A DNA stretch of 64,000 nucleotides from a virus (IMGVR_UViG_3300049027_000072:1-64000), one strand, 5' to 3'. Numbered from the stretch's first letter, positions 50,863 to 60,575 are shown. A program made the numbers and translations. Notes: generated by a model not told the origin, from the sequence alone.

Positions 50863-51488
50863 AGCGCACGCCCCTGCAACGCAAGACGCCGATGCGCAGC
50901 GCGTCACTTCGGGTCAGCGATGGCAAGGCCCGCGCCACCGTGGCGGTGCTGCGCCCCAGGCGCTGCAAGGCCTGCAAGGTCCAATTCACGCCAGCCCGCC
51001 CGATGCAGCACGCATGCAGCCCCGTCTGCGCGTTGGATCTGGCAAAGCTGGTGAGGGAAGCAGAACAGCGCAAGCTCGACAAGGCACAGCGCGAGCGCCT
51101 CAAGCCGCGTTCGAAGTGGATGGACGAAGCGCAGGCCGCCGTGAATGCGTATGTCAGGGTGCGTGATCTGCACCTTGGCTGCGTGTCATGTGACCGTCCG
51201 TCGACATGGGGTGGCCAGTGGCACGCATCGCACTACAGGAGCGTGGGCGCCGCTTCGGCCGTGAGGTTTCATCTCTGGAACATCCACAAGGCGTGCTCCA
51301 TCTGCAACAACCACCTGAGCGGAAACCTCGCTGGCTACAGGCCGCGCCTGATCGAGCGCATCGGTGCCGATCGTGTCGAGTGGATTGAGGCACAGAACCA
51401 ACTGGTGCGGCATGACGTCGAGTACCTCAAGCGGCTCAAGCGCGTCTTCGCAAGGAAGGCGCGTCGGCTCCAAAGGAAGCGTGCATGA
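50859..51488 (+). CDS. ninG: NinG/Rap-family recombination endonuclease
   Basis: KPRSKWMDEAQAAVNAYVRVRDLHLGCVSC...WHASHYRSVGAASAVRFHLWNIHKACSICNNHLSGNLAGYRPRLIERIG matches NinG. Confidence 0.8.
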   Translation: MKRTPLQRKTPMRSASLRVSDGKARATVAVLRPRRCKACKVQFTPARPMQHACSPVCALDLAKLVREAEQRKLDKAQRERLKPRSKWMDEAQAAVNAYVRVRDLHLGCVSCDRPSTWGGQWHASHYRSVGAASAVRFHLWNIHKACSICNNHLSGNLAGYRPRLIERIGADRVEWIEAQNQLVRHDVEYLKRLKRVFARKARRLQRKRA

Positions 51489-51754
51489 CGGCGGCCCCAT
51501 CCCCAGCCCGCGCCCTACGCGACAAGGCCGTGGCCATGCTCCAGCCGGGGATGGAGGTGGCTTTTGCGACCGACAGCCAGGCGCACGAGGGCGCCGTACT
51601 GCTGGCGATCGCCAAGCCCGACTGGTGCTGCGTCTTCACCATCTCGAAAGCGGAGTACGACCTGGACGGAGCGCTGGCGCTGGGCTCCCTGTTCGGGTTC
51701 CACAAGGCCCGCCCGCTGGCGGCTATCGCGAGGGCAAGGAAGGGGAGGCGATGA
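51485..51754 (+). CDS. Hypothetical protein
   Basis: ATGA overlap; 89 aa. Confidence 0.45.
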   Translation: MTAAPSPARALRDKAVAMLQPGMEVAFATDSQAHEGAVLLAIAKPDWCCVFTISKAEYDLDGALALGSLFGFHKARPLAAIARARKGRR

Positions 51755-52227
51755 GAAAGCGCTCGAAGTACCGCCCACGAGCGGTGATCACAAACCCGCT
51801 GACGTTGCTACAGCCGGGCACAGCAGCGGACAAGGCCAGGGTGATGCTGAACTTCCTCACGGCGCTGGATGCCATGGCGAACGGCCGGCACCCCGGTGTC
51901 GACGAGTGGAGATCGTTGTCCGACGCCATCAACACCGTGGAAACGCTGGCGCTGGGCATGGGCAAGCTGGTGCCATCCGAGGTGATGCCGGACATCAATG
52001 CGGCCATCGAAGGGATGGTGCACGCCTCCCGCCGGTTCAAAGCTGGCCAGGGCGCTCGGCTCGACGGCCCGGGCCTCCAGGCGCTGCGCCGCGTCGTCGA
52101 CATCTACGGGCAGTGTCTTGACGGATTCACCGCTCGCGAGATGGCCATGGCGCAGGCAGAGACACAGCGCCGCGTCGACGCACTGCAGCGTGCCAAGGGA
52201 AACAGCCCGGAAATCATCGAGCTATGA
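51751..52227 (+). CDS. Hypothetical protein at the Q-equivalent position (late regulator candidate)
   Basis: ATGA overlap; 158 aa; last gene of the coupled early-right block, before a terminator. Confidence 0.45.
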   Translation: MRKRSKYRPRAVITNPLTLLQPGTAADKARVMLNFLTALDAMANGRHPGVDEWRSLSDAINTVETLALGMGKLVPSEVMPDINAAIEGMVHASRRFKAGQGARLDGPGLQALRRVVDIYGQCLDGFTAREMAMAQAETQRRVDALQRAKGNSPEIIEL

Positions 52228-52293
52228 CAGCCGACGCCAATGGTTGGGTGCATGGCCGCGTCGTCGACGGTCAACCGAGCCGCAGATGAAAAA

Positions 52294-52328
52294 ACGCCCC
52301 AACGAGCGGGGGCTGGTCGGGGCGTTTG
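52294..52328 (+). terminator. Putative hairpin terminator
   Basis: ACGCCCC (52294-52300) pairs with GGGGCGT (52319-52325), followed by TTTGG; the U-tract is weak. Confidence 0.4.
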
Positions 52329-52382
52329 GAAGATCAATTTCGCTTGGTCGGCGAATGCGATTCTAAGCAGCAAGGAGCAACG

Positions 52383-53132
52383 GTGTTCATGACAAGCATG
52401 GAAGATCGCCCGACCATCGCGGAGCGCTACGCGCGCGCAACGCGGTCAAGCCACCTAGAGGTCAATGAGCTTCGGACGGGTGATGTCGATGTCCTCATCG
52501 CTGCCGGATGGGTAGGCGACACATTGGGCACGTTGCTCTACAGGCTCGTCTCCGAGTACGACTCGGCGAAGGGCGAGAAGGCACTGTACGAAGCCGAGGT
52601 CGGGCGGCTGCAGCTGCTGCACAAGAAGCACGTCGAACAGCGCGACCGCGAGCAGAAGGCGATGGCCCATGGACCGACGCGATACGCCGTGCTTCGCGCC
52701 GAAGTGGAGCGCCTGTCGCAGGAGATCGCCCGCGAGATGGTCACCGGGCGCGCCATGGTGCTGATGAACCTGCGGAGCCTCGCGCCGGCCAAACAGGCCC
52801 TCGGCCGGTTCGCATTGCTGCACGCCCAGGTGTGCAAGTACCAGATCAAGGACGCCGACGTGCTCGCCCTGGCCGGCCGTGTGCTGGATGTCTATCTCGA
52901 CCCCAACTGCGGGCACTGCAACGGCCGTGGGTTCACTGGCGGGTCGCACCGCGGGGAAAAGCAGGTGATCTGCCGACCCTGCAAGGGCAGCGGCAAGAGG
53001 CGCGACGCCATCGGGAGGAACACTGACGAGCGGCAGTTCGCCGGCAGCCTGTTGTTCGAGATGTCGGACAAGACGGCGCGAGTGGAGCGGTCCATGCGCA
53101 ATTTCTTGCGCACGCGAGTGGCTGATGCATAA
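52383..53132 (+). CDS. DnaJ-type zinc-finger (2x CxxCxGxG) protein; late activator/antiterminator candidate
   Basis: AAGGAG (52372-77) lies 5 nt before the GTG at 52383 (alternative ATG at 52389). It contains CGHCNGRG and CRPCKGSG. It stands alone between two hairpins just upstream of the packaging genes. Confidence 0.55.
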   Translation: MFMTSMEDRPTIAERYARATRSSHLEVNELRTGDVDVLIAAGWVGDTLGTLLYRLVSEYDSAKGEKALYEAEVGRLQLLHKKHVEQRDREQKAMAHGPTRYAVLRAEVERLSQEIAREMVTGRAMVLMNLRSLAPAKQALGRFALLHAQVCKYQIKDADVLALAGRVLDVYLDPNCGHCNGRGFTGGSHRGEKQVICRPCKGSGKRRDAIGRNTDERQFAGSLLFEMSDKTARVERSMRNFLRTRVADA

Positions 53133-53241
53133 TTCCGCAACAGCCCGGCCAGGCGCGTCCCCGCCGGTGCGACGCCGACCAGCGGCCGTGCCGCTCAAGC
53201 CAGCAAGTCTGGCGGCCCGTTGAGGGGGTTGGTGTCACTTT

Positions 53242-53266
53242 GAAGCCCGCCGTTGAAGCGGGCTTC
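53242..53266 (+). terminator. Putative hairpin terminator
   Basis: GAAGCCCGC-N7-GCGGGCTTC followed by GTCGTTTCTG. Confidence 0.45.
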
Positions 53267-53733
53267 GTCGTTTCTGAGCGGCGGCGCGGCGGAGACCGCG
53301 ACACGCAAGCCCCACATTGGGCCTCTGCGGACGGTCAGCCGGAGAGTGCCCGGCCCGCTCACCTACTCAGTGGTCCAGGCGCCGGAGGGCGCCCAACACG
53401 GGCGGCCAATCCGCCGCCGGGGCCGCCCCCATCAGGCCTACAGACGCCAGCCAGGGACGCGCCGTCAGGTCGCCGCTCCGCTGTCGTACGGCCCGCGGAA
53501 CAGCCAGCACTGCCGCGTCCTAAACCCTGGCCCCTAGCCCCCAGGTACGAAGACTGGCAAGCGGTGACGCAAGGTGGCCCGGCCGGACTCTCCCTCTGGC
53601 CGTTGCAGTGGGCGCCGCTACCTCACGACAGAGCCAGCGCACAAGCCGCGGATGCGGCGCGCAGGCGAAGTCACCCCCGAGTACCCCGCTGGATGGCGGG
53701 AAAAGGCATTCCCGTGGATGCGGGAGGGACCCA

Positions 53734-54300
53734 ATGGGTCGAAAGTCAAAGCTCACTGAGAAACAGTGGGAAGAGATCGGCCGCCGGTTGCTCGCCGGTG
53801 AGAAGGGCAGGGCCCTGGCCAAGGAATTCGGCATCGCCGAGTCCACGATCAGAGAGCGCTTTTCCGCTCAACACGCGGAAATAAAAAGCGTTGCACATCA
53901 AGTAGTTGCTGCGGAATCGGCGCTAAAGGCGCTGCCAATTTCCGCGCAAATCGCGGTTTTTAACCTCGCAGATCACCTCAGGTCGATCTCGGGGCACTTG
54001 GCCAGCGCTGGCAACTACGGCGCGGCTACGGCGCACCGCCTGACGGCCATCGCGCATGCCAACGTCCAGAAGATCGACGACGCGAAGCCGCTGGACGCTG
54101 ACAGCATCGAGGCCCTGAGGGGCGTTGCTGCGCTGACCAAGCTCGCGAACGAGGCGAGCACGATCGGCCTGAACCTGCTGTCAGCGAACAAGGAAGCGGT
54201 GCGGGACGCGCAAGACGACGAGCCGAAGCCGGTGAGGGTCGTCGTCCAGGTAGAAGATGCAAGCCGGCCCGAGCCCGAAGCTCAACAGGCCACAGGCTAA
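53734..54300 (+). CDS. terS: Terminase small subunit (HTH)
   Basis: ATG at 53734 after GGGAGGG. MGRKSKLTEKQWEEIGRRLLAGEKGRALAKEFGIAESTIRERF; lies directly upstream of terL. Confidence 0.7.
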   Translation: MGRKSKLTEKQWEEIGRRLLAGEKGRALAKEFGIAESTIRERFSAQHAEIKSVAHQVVAAESALKALPISAQIAVFNLADHLRSISGHLASAGNYGAATAHRLTAIAHANVQKIDDAKPLDADSIEALRGVAALTKLANEASTIGLNLLSANKEAVRDAQDDEPKPVRVVVQVEDASRPEPEAQQATG

Positions 54301-55546
54301 GTTCCTCTCGCTCGACCGGAAGTACCGCGCGTTCGTCGCCGGGTTCGGTAGCGGGAAGACGTTCGTGGGCAGTGCGGGGCTGTGCCAGCACGCATGGGAG
54401 TGGCCGAAGATCACCTCCGGCTACTTCGCGCCGACGTACGCGCAGATCCGGGACATCTTCTACCCGACCATCGAGGAGGTCGCGCACGACTGGGGACTGC
54501 GCACCGACATCCACGAGACGAACAAGGAAGTCCACCTTTACGCGGGCAGGCAGTACCGCGGCACGATCCTGTGCCGCTCGATGGAGAAGCCGGGCGACAT
54601 CGTCGGCTTCAAGATCGGCAAGGCGCTGATCGACGAACTGGACGTGATGAAGGCGCTGAAGGCGGCCACCGCCTGGCGCAAGATCATCGCCCGCATGCGC
54701 TACAAGGTGGACGGCCTGCTGAACGGCATCGACGTCACCACGACTCCAGAGGGCTTCAAGTTCGTCTACCAGCAGTTCGTCAAGGCGGTCCGGGAAAAGC
54801 CGGAGCTGGCGCAGCTGTACGGGATGGTGCAGGCGAGCACCTACGACAACGCCAAGAACCTGCCGGATGACTACATCCCGTCGCTGCGGCTGACCTACCC
54901 GCCGCAGCTGATCGAGGCGTACATCCGCGGTCAGTTCGTCAACCTGGCCAGCGGCAGCGTCTATCCGAACTTCGACCGGGTGCTCAACCACACCGGCGAG
55001 CAGATCAAGCCCCACGAGCCGCTGCACGTCGGCATGGACTTCAACGTGCTGAACATGCACGCGATGGTCAGCGTCATCCGGGACGACAAGCCGTTGACGC
55101 TGGCCGAGCTCGCCAAGGTGCGCGATACCCCCCAGATGGCGCGGATGCTCAAGGAGCGATTCGTCGACAAGGGCCACGCGGTGGCGGTCTATCCAGACGC
55201 CAGCGGCGGGAACACGAGCACCAAGAACGCGAGCGAGTCGGACCTGAGCATCCTGCGGCAGGCCGGCTTCACCGTACGGACGAACCCGGCCAACCCGGCG
55301 GTCAAGGACCGCGTCAACGCCGTGAATGCCCTGCTGCTCAATGACGCCGGGCAGCGGCGGTGGAAGGTGAACACCGACGCGTGCCCAGTGCTTACCGAAT
55401 CGCTCGAGCAACAGGCGTACGACACGAACGGCGAGCCCGACAAGAGCACCGGGCATGACCATGCGCCAGACGCTGCGGGGTACTTCCTGGTCAACCGCTG
55501 GCCCATCACGCCGCGCATGACGTCGGCCAGAACCACAGGACATTGA
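54257..55546 (+). CDS. terL: Terminase large subunit
   Basis: Walker A FVAGFGSGKT, Walker B-like ALIDELD and a C-terminal nuclease region; followed by the portal gene. Confidence 0.85.
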   Translation: MQAGPSPKLNRPQAKFLSLDRKYRAFVAGFGSGKTFVGSAGLCQHAWEWPKITSGYFAPTYAQIRDIFYPTIEEVAHDWGLRTDIHETNKEVHLYAGRQYRGTILCRSMEKPGDIVGFKIGKALIDELDVMKALKAATAWRKIIARMRYKVDGLLNGIDVTTTPEGFKFVYQQFVKAVREKPELAQLYGMVQASTYDNAKNLPDDYIPSLRLTYPPQLIEAYIRGQFVNLASGSVYPNFDRVLNHTGEQIKPHEPLHVGMDFNVLNMHAMVSVIRDDKPLTLAELAKVRDTPQMARMLKERFVDKGHAVAVYPDASGGNTSTKNASESDLSILRQAGFTVRTNPANPAVKDRVNAVNALLLNDAGQRRWKVNTDACPVLTESLEQQAYDTNGEPDKSTGHDHAPDAAGYFLVNRWPITPRMTSARTTGH

Positions 55547-55549
55547 CGC

Positions 55550-56980
55550 ATGCCGGTTGACTCGCAACACGCAGACTTCTCTGCCGCCTTGGCGCGCTGG
55601 GAACGCGCCCGTGACGCGGCCGCCGGCCAGGATGCCGTGCACGCCAAGGGCGCGCGGTACCTACCGAAGCTGGCAGAGCAGACGGACACGGAATACGACG
55701 GATACAAGTGCCGGGCGCTGTACTACAACGCCACGGGCCGCACGGTGGACGGGCTGACCGGACTGGTGTTCCGCCGCGAGCCTGCCGTCGAAATCCCGGA
55801 CGCGCTGGACTACCTGCGCGAGGACATCGATACCTGCGGTACGCCGCTGCTGGCCTTCTCCGAGAAGGTCGTGGACGAGCTGCTCACGGTCGGTCGCCTG
55901 GGCCTGCTGGTGGACTACCCGCCGCTGCAGACTGCACGCACCCAGGCCGAAGAGAAAGCGGCCGGCGGCCGGCCCTACATCAAGACCTACTGCGCCGAGT
56001 CCATCATCAACTGGCGCGTGCAGCGCGTGGGCAATCGCAACATGCTCACACTGGCCGTGCTCAAGGAGCAGGCCGAAGAGCGGGATGACGATTACACGGT
56101 CAAGATGGCCGACACATGGCGTGTGCTGCGCTTGGCGGATGGCGTCTACACCCAAGAGCTCTGGCGCAAGAACCCGAATAAGCAGGACGAGTTCATCCTG
56201 GTGGATGGTTACCCGGTCACGCCGCTCATGGGCGGCAAGCCGATGGACTTCATCCCCCTGCTCATCTGCGGCCCCATGGGCGTCGATGCGTGCGTCCAGA
56301 AGCCGCCGATCCTTGACCTGGCGGACGTCAACATCTCGCACTACCGCACGACCGCGGACTACGAGCACGGGCTCCACTTCACCGGGTTGCCAACGCCCAT
56401 CGTCACCGGCCACCAGTTCTCTGATGGCGAGACGTTTGCGCTGGGCAGCACGACCGTCAAGGGGTTCCCGAATCCGGACGCGAGGGCCACCTTCCTGGAG
56501 TTCCAGGGCACCGGGCTCACCCAGCTGTCCAAGCGGCTGGACGAGAAGGAAGCCATGATGGCTGCCCTCGGCGCGCGCATGCTCGCCGCCGAGAAGCGCG
56601 CCGCAGAGGCGGCTGAGACGGCAGCGATCCACCGGGCAGGCGAAAACAGCGTGCTCGGGTCGCTGGCCAATGCAGCCAGTGCAGCGATCAGCAAGGCGCT
56701 GAACTGGTGTCTCCAGTGGGCTGGGGTGCAGGCTGAGGCGAAAGTCGAGCTGAACACCGACTATCTGCCGACCGGCCTGAGCGCCCAGGAAGTGACGGCG
56801 CTGGTTGCTGCGTGGCAGGCGGGTGCGATTTCGCACCGTACCTTGCACGACAACCTATTGCGCGGCGAGGTGGCACGCCAAGGCGTGGACTTCGACGAAG
56901 AGAAGTCGGAGATCGAGAGTGAAGGGCCGAAGCTGGGCGCGATGGAGGATCCGGCGGCTGGTGGTAGCGGCGGGGCCTGA
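55550..56980 (+). CDS. Portal protein (DUF4055-type)
   Basis: 476 aa between terL and the MuF-like gene; its N-terminal region resembles DUF4055 portals. Confidence 0.75.
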   Translation: MPVDSQHADFSAALARWERARDAAAGQDAVHAKGARYLPKLAEQTDTEYDGYKCRALYYNATGRTVDGLTGLVFRREPAVEIPDALDYLREDIDTCGTPLLAFSEKVVDELLTVGRLGLLVDYPPLQTARTQAEEKAAGGRPYIKTYCAESIINWRVQRVGNRNMLTLAVLKEQAEERDDDYTVKMADTWRVLRLADGVYTQELWRKNPNKQDEFILVDGYPVTPLMGGKPMDFIPLLICGPMGVDACVQKPPILDLADVNISHYRTTADYEHGLHFTGLPTPIVTGHQFSDGETFALGSTTVKGFPNPDARATFLEFQGTGLTQLSKRLDEKEAMMAALGARMLAAEKRAAEAAETAAIHRAGENSVLGSLANAASAAISKALNWCLQWAGVQAEAKVELNTDYLPTGLSAQEVTALVAAWQAGAISHRTLHDNLLRGEVARQGVDFDEEKSEIESEGPKLGAMEDPAAGGSGGA

Positions 56981-58746
56981 TGGCCGGTTCCGTCAACGAG
57001 CAGCTGGCCGAGGCTGATGTCGGCCACCAGGTCGACCTGCATCAGTACGCCAACGGCGTCGTTCGCAAGCTCATTGCTCTGCTGAACCGCACCGACGCTG
57101 ACCTAGCGGCGCAGATCGCCGCGGCGCTCGAGCGCATGTCCGCATCCGCATTCACCGTCGAACGGCTTGAATCGCTGTTGGCATCGGTACGCAGCTTGAA
57201 CGCCCAGGCGTACGCCGTGCTGCACAAGGAGTTGGAAGGCGAGTTGCACGACCTCGTCGAGTACGAGGCCGGCTACCAGCTGCAACTGTTCCGCTCGGTG
57301 ATCCCGCCGCAGGTGGTGCTCGCTGTCGGGGTCGATACGGTCAGCATCGACCAGGTTTATGCCGCCGCGATGTCCCGGCCGTTCCAGGGGCGGCTGCTCA
57401 AGGAATGGGCGGCCAGCCTTGAGACAGGGCGGATGGCGCGTATTCGCGACGCGATCCGCATCGGCTACGTCGAGAACCAGACGATTCCGCAGATCGTCCA
57501 GCGCATTCGTGGCACGCGGGCGAAAAGCTACGCCGACGGCTTCCTGGAGACAGATCGCCGGCATGTCGAAGCGGTGGTGCGCACAGCCATCAGCCACACG
57601 GCGAACTTCGCCCGAAACAAGTTCTACGAGGCGAACAGCGACCTGATATCGGCCGTGGTCTGGACGTCTACCCTTGACGCCAGGACCAGCGAGCCGTGTC
57701 GGCTGCGTGACGGCAAGCGCTACGACGCAGAGACACACAAGCCGATCGGGCACAAGCTGCCATGGGGCGGCGGGCCCGGGGCGTTCCACTGGTGCTGCCG
57801 GTCGGTGGCCACGCCAGTTACGAAGTCCTGGCGAGAGCTGGGGCTGGACATTGAGGAGTTCTCACCGGCGACCCGCGCCAGCATGGATGGCCAGGTCCCG
57901 GCAGACACCACGTACGGCGAGTGGCTGAAGAACCAGTCCACAGCCAGGCAGGACGAGATCCTCGGGCCCGAGCGTGGCGCGCTGTTCAGGCAGGGAAAGC
58001 TGCCGCTGGATCGTTTCGCCAACGACCGCGGCAAGTGGCTTTCGCTGGACGAACTGCGGGAGAGAGACGCCAAGGCCTTCGAGCGCGCCGGGCTGGACAA
58101 TCCGATGCGAGCGCCACGCGGCCAGCCGCAAGATGAGATCGCCCGCTTCCTGGCGTCCAAGCCCGACCAGAGGGAACTGCTCGACCGCCTCTACGCCGCC
58201 GAAGGCGACCGGCTGTCAGATCACATGGCGCTGGTATCCAAGGTCAAGGCGGAGCAGGAGTACCGATCGACAGAGGAATCCCTGGCGGCGGTGCGCTACT
58301 ACACAGGGTCCGGGTACGCGGAGGTCAACCGACGAATGCGTGAGTCCGGCGGCACGCTGGAAGATCGCCAGTTCACGGCCCTGACGGCATCGGCCCTGCC
58401 CGGGATGAAGCCGTACCATGACGAGGTGTGGCGGTCGCCGACGACGCGAAAGGCCAATGCCGACAAGTGGTGGGACAAGGCCACCGTGGGCGAGCCGATG
58501 GACATCGGGAACCAGCTGCAGTCGTTCAGTGCGTCGGCCAACATGGCGGCGCAGTGGGCGATGAAGGGTGACGTACTGCTGAGAATTGCCAAGCCCAGAG
58601 GCGGCGCTTACATTGCCCCGGTGTCACAGCACGACACCGAGAAGGAAGTGCTGTTGCCGCCTGGGCAGAAGTACCGTGTGGTCGGGAAGTCGGTCAAGAC
58701 GGTGAACGGGCGCGAGATGCGCGTGATCGACCTGGAGATCGAGTGA
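56980..58746 (+). CDS. Head morphogenesis protein (Mu F / SPP1 gp7 family) fused to a C-terminal ADP-ribosyltransferase domain
   Basis: MuF motif TSTLDARTSEPCRLRDGKRYD. The ART R-S-E triad is YYTGSGYAEVNRRMR, QSFSASANM and DTEKEVLLPPGQKYRV. Confidence 0.75.
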   Translation: MAGSVNEQLAEADVGHQVDLHQYANGVVRKLIALLNRTDADLAAQIAAALERMSASAFTVERLESLLASVRSLNAQAYAVLHKELEGELHDLVEYEAGYQLQLFRSVIPPQVVLAVGVDTVSIDQVYAAAMSRPFQGRLLKEWAASLETGRMARIRDAIRIGYVENQTIPQIVQRIRGTRAKSYADGFLETDRRHVEAVVRTAISHTANFARNKFYEANSDLISAVVWTSTLDARTSEPCRLRDGKRYDAETHKPIGHKLPWGGGPGAFHWCCRSVATPVTKSWRELGLDIEEFSPATRASMDGQVPADTTYGEWLKNQSTARQDEILGPERGALFRQGKLPLDRFANDRGKWLSLDELRERDAKAFERAGLDNPMRAPRGQPQDEIARFLASKPDQRELLDRLYAAEGDRLSDHMALVSKVKAEQEYRSTEESLAAVRYYTGSGYAEVNRRMRESGGTLEDRQFTALTASALPGMKPYHDEVWRSPTTRKANADKWWDKATVGEPMDIGNQLQSFSASANMAAQWAMKGDVLLRIAKPRGGAYIAPVSQHDTEKEVLLPPGQKYRVVGKSVKTVNGREMRVIDLEIE

Positions 58747-58946
58747 ACGTGAGCGAGAAGGACGCCAACCTGGCGACGTACAGCATCGTCGAGCTGTATG
58801 CCTCTGGCATGCGGTTTGTGGATGACTACGACGCTGAGGCGGCCATCGAGCACTACATGGAGCTACACCCAAATGCCGACCGTCAGGCGGTTGAGGTGGA
58901 ACTCCAGGAGCACATTGCCAAGCGCGGCAAGCCGGGAAAACAATGA
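58743..58946 (+). CDS. Hypothetical protein
   Basis: GTGA overlap; 67 aa. Confidence 0.45.
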   Translation: MNVSEKDANLATYSIVELYASGMRFVDDYDAEAAIEHYMELHPNADRQAVEVELQEHIAKRGKPGKQ

Positions 58947-59221
58947 GCCAAGAACTGGTACTGCGGCTTGGGCCGCAGGTCGTGATCGCTTGCGTGTCTG
59001 GCCAAGAAGCGCCCGCGCAGCTTGCCGTAGCCGCCGATGACACACTGCCAGTGCAGCTGACCGCCTACGGCGGCGGGGTAGATGGCACGGCAGCCGCCCT
59101 CAAGGTCGAGATCGGCAACCAGCTGGACACGCTGCGGGTGCACATCACCGGCCGGCGCGAGATCCAGATGATGGTCGATGCCTGCACATTCGCGCTGAAG
59201 CACTTTCCTGACGAGGCGTAG
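58943..59221 (+). CDS. Hypothetical protein
   Basis: ATGA overlap; 92 aa. Confidence 0.45.
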   Translation: MSQELVLRLGPQVVIACVSGQEAPAQLAVAADDTLPVQLTAYGGGVDGTAAALKVEIGNQLDTLRVHITGRREIQMMVDACTFALKHFPDEA

Positions 59222-59246
59222 GCAAAGAAGAATCCGCCCACGCCAA

Positions 59247-59489
59247 ATGCCGCCCTTGCACGTCATTCCCGGCACCCCCGCGCCTGATACGCCGGCCGAG
59301 CGCGTACGCAAGCGCATGCGCGCCATGCCCAAGCCTGCTGCCATCCTGCAGTGCCCGCGCTGCGCCGGCCGCGAGGTCATGGAGACCAGGATCGGTGTCG
59401 CTCTGGTCGGCGGCAAGCCGCGCGGCGGCACGAGACAGTGGCTCTGCGTCGGTTGTCTGGGCCGCGGCGAGCGCATGGTCGTCGCCTGA
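59247..59489 (+). CDS. Zinc-ribbon hypothetical protein
   Basis: CPRC...CVGC; 80 aa. Confidence 0.45.
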   Translation: MPPLHVIPGTPAPDTPAERVRKRMRAMPKPAAILQCPRCAGREVMETRIGVALVGGKPRGGTRQWLCVGCLGRGERMVVA

Positions 59490-59640
59490 CGAAAATCTAG
59501 GGCCTCAATCCGGTGCGCCTCACCACCGCGCGGTGCAGTAACTGACCCGCGGAGACTGCAATCCCGGCCGGCAGCGGCCCACGAATAGCTGCCGGACATG
59601 AACACCTGAAGCCAGCAACCGCGCGGGCTTCTTCACTTCC

Positions 59641-59676
59641 AAGCCGCCATGGGCATACCCAGAGGCGGCTTTTTCA
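59641..59676 (+). terminator. Intrinsic terminator (AAGCCGCC stem, long loop)
   Basis: AAGCCGCC-N15-GGCGGCTT followed by TTTTCATGCC. Confidence 0.6.
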
Positions 59677-59737
59677 TGCCCGCCTCGCGGATGCAGGCCG
59701 GCGCACCGCGGCGGATGCCGCACGGAACCAAGGGCGG

Positions 59738-60550
59738 ATGCCCGAAGGAAATGGCAACGTGAAACTGAAGACGAACGAACAAGGGCATGCGGTAGTGGTG
59801 GACGGCAAGCCCGTCTACATCCACGACGACGGGAAAGAAATCCCGTTCGATGCTGTTGGCACGGTGGCGCGCATCAGCGCGCTCAACGCCGAGGCCAAAG
59901 GACACCGCGAGGCAAAGGAAGCGGCAGAGGCGAAGGTCAAGGCCTTCGAAGGCCTTGACGCAGAAGCCGCGCGTAGGGCGCTTGAGACGGTCAAGAACAT
60001 CGACGACAAGAAGCTGGTGGATGCCGGCAAAGTCGAAGAAGTTCGGGCCGCCGCGGTCAAGGCCTATGAGGACCGACTGAAGGCCGCGGAGACCACGCAT
60101 GCGCAGCAGCTCACCGCCGAGAAAGAGCGAAACCAAAAGCTCGAGCAGCAGCTCCACAGCGAGCTGATCGGCGGCAGCTTCGCTCGCTCCAAGTTCATCG
60201 CAGACAAGGTTGCAATCCCCGCCGACATGGTGCAGGCCGCGTTCGGTCGCAACTTCAAGGTCGAGGACGGCAAGGTCGCCGCCTACGACAACTCCGGCAA
60301 TCGCATCTTCTCGCGTGCTCGCCCTGGTGACCCGAACATCGACTTCGATGAGGCGATCGAGATTCTCGTGGACAGCTACCCGCACAGGGCAGCAATCCTC
60401 AAGGGCTCTGGGGCGACCGGTGGTGGTGCTGGCGGAAGCGGCAACGGCGCGGGCGGCAAGAAGACAGTCCCCCGCGCGCAGTTCCAAGCGATGTCCCCTG
60501 CGGATCAGGCTGCCACAGCACGCGACAAGAACGTCGTGATCGTCGACTGA
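59738..60550 (+). CDS. Scaffolding protein
   Basis: 270 aa, Ala/Glu/Lys-rich coiled coil, immediately upstream of the major capsid gene. Confidence 0.7.
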   Translation: MPEGNGNVKLKTNEQGHAVVVDGKPVYIHDDGKEIPFDAVGTVARISALNAEAKGHREAKEAAEAKVKAFEGLDAEAARRALETVKNIDDKKLVDAGKVEEVRAAAVKAYEDRLKAAETTHAQQLTAEKERNQKLEQQLHSELIGGSFARSKFIADKVAIPADMVQAAFGRNFKVEDGKVAAYDNSGNRIFSRARPGDPNIDFDEAIEILVDSYPHRAAILKGSGATGGGAGGSGNGAGGKKTVPRAQFQAMSPADQAATARDKNVVIVD

Positions 60551-60575
60551 TCCCTTCACCTATCGACACCCCCGG

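Noticed and set aside
53240-53884. A 214-aa + ORF covering the non-coding interval upstream of terS.
   Set aside because: It has a Pro/Arg/Gly-rich composition and no SD. It runs in a different frame across the terS start, which itself has a good SD and an HTH N-terminus.
54026-55642. A 538-aa minus-strand ORF opposite the terminase genes. Similar long antisense ORFs are 55661-56848 (-), 8387-9253 (-), 14423-15169 (-), 45691-46572 (-), 48704-49573 (-) and 50047-50907 (-).
   Set aside because: These are typical high-GC shadow ORFs: Arg/Gly/Pro/Ala-rich, with no motifs, each fully overlapping a well-supported gene with recognisable domains on the other strand.
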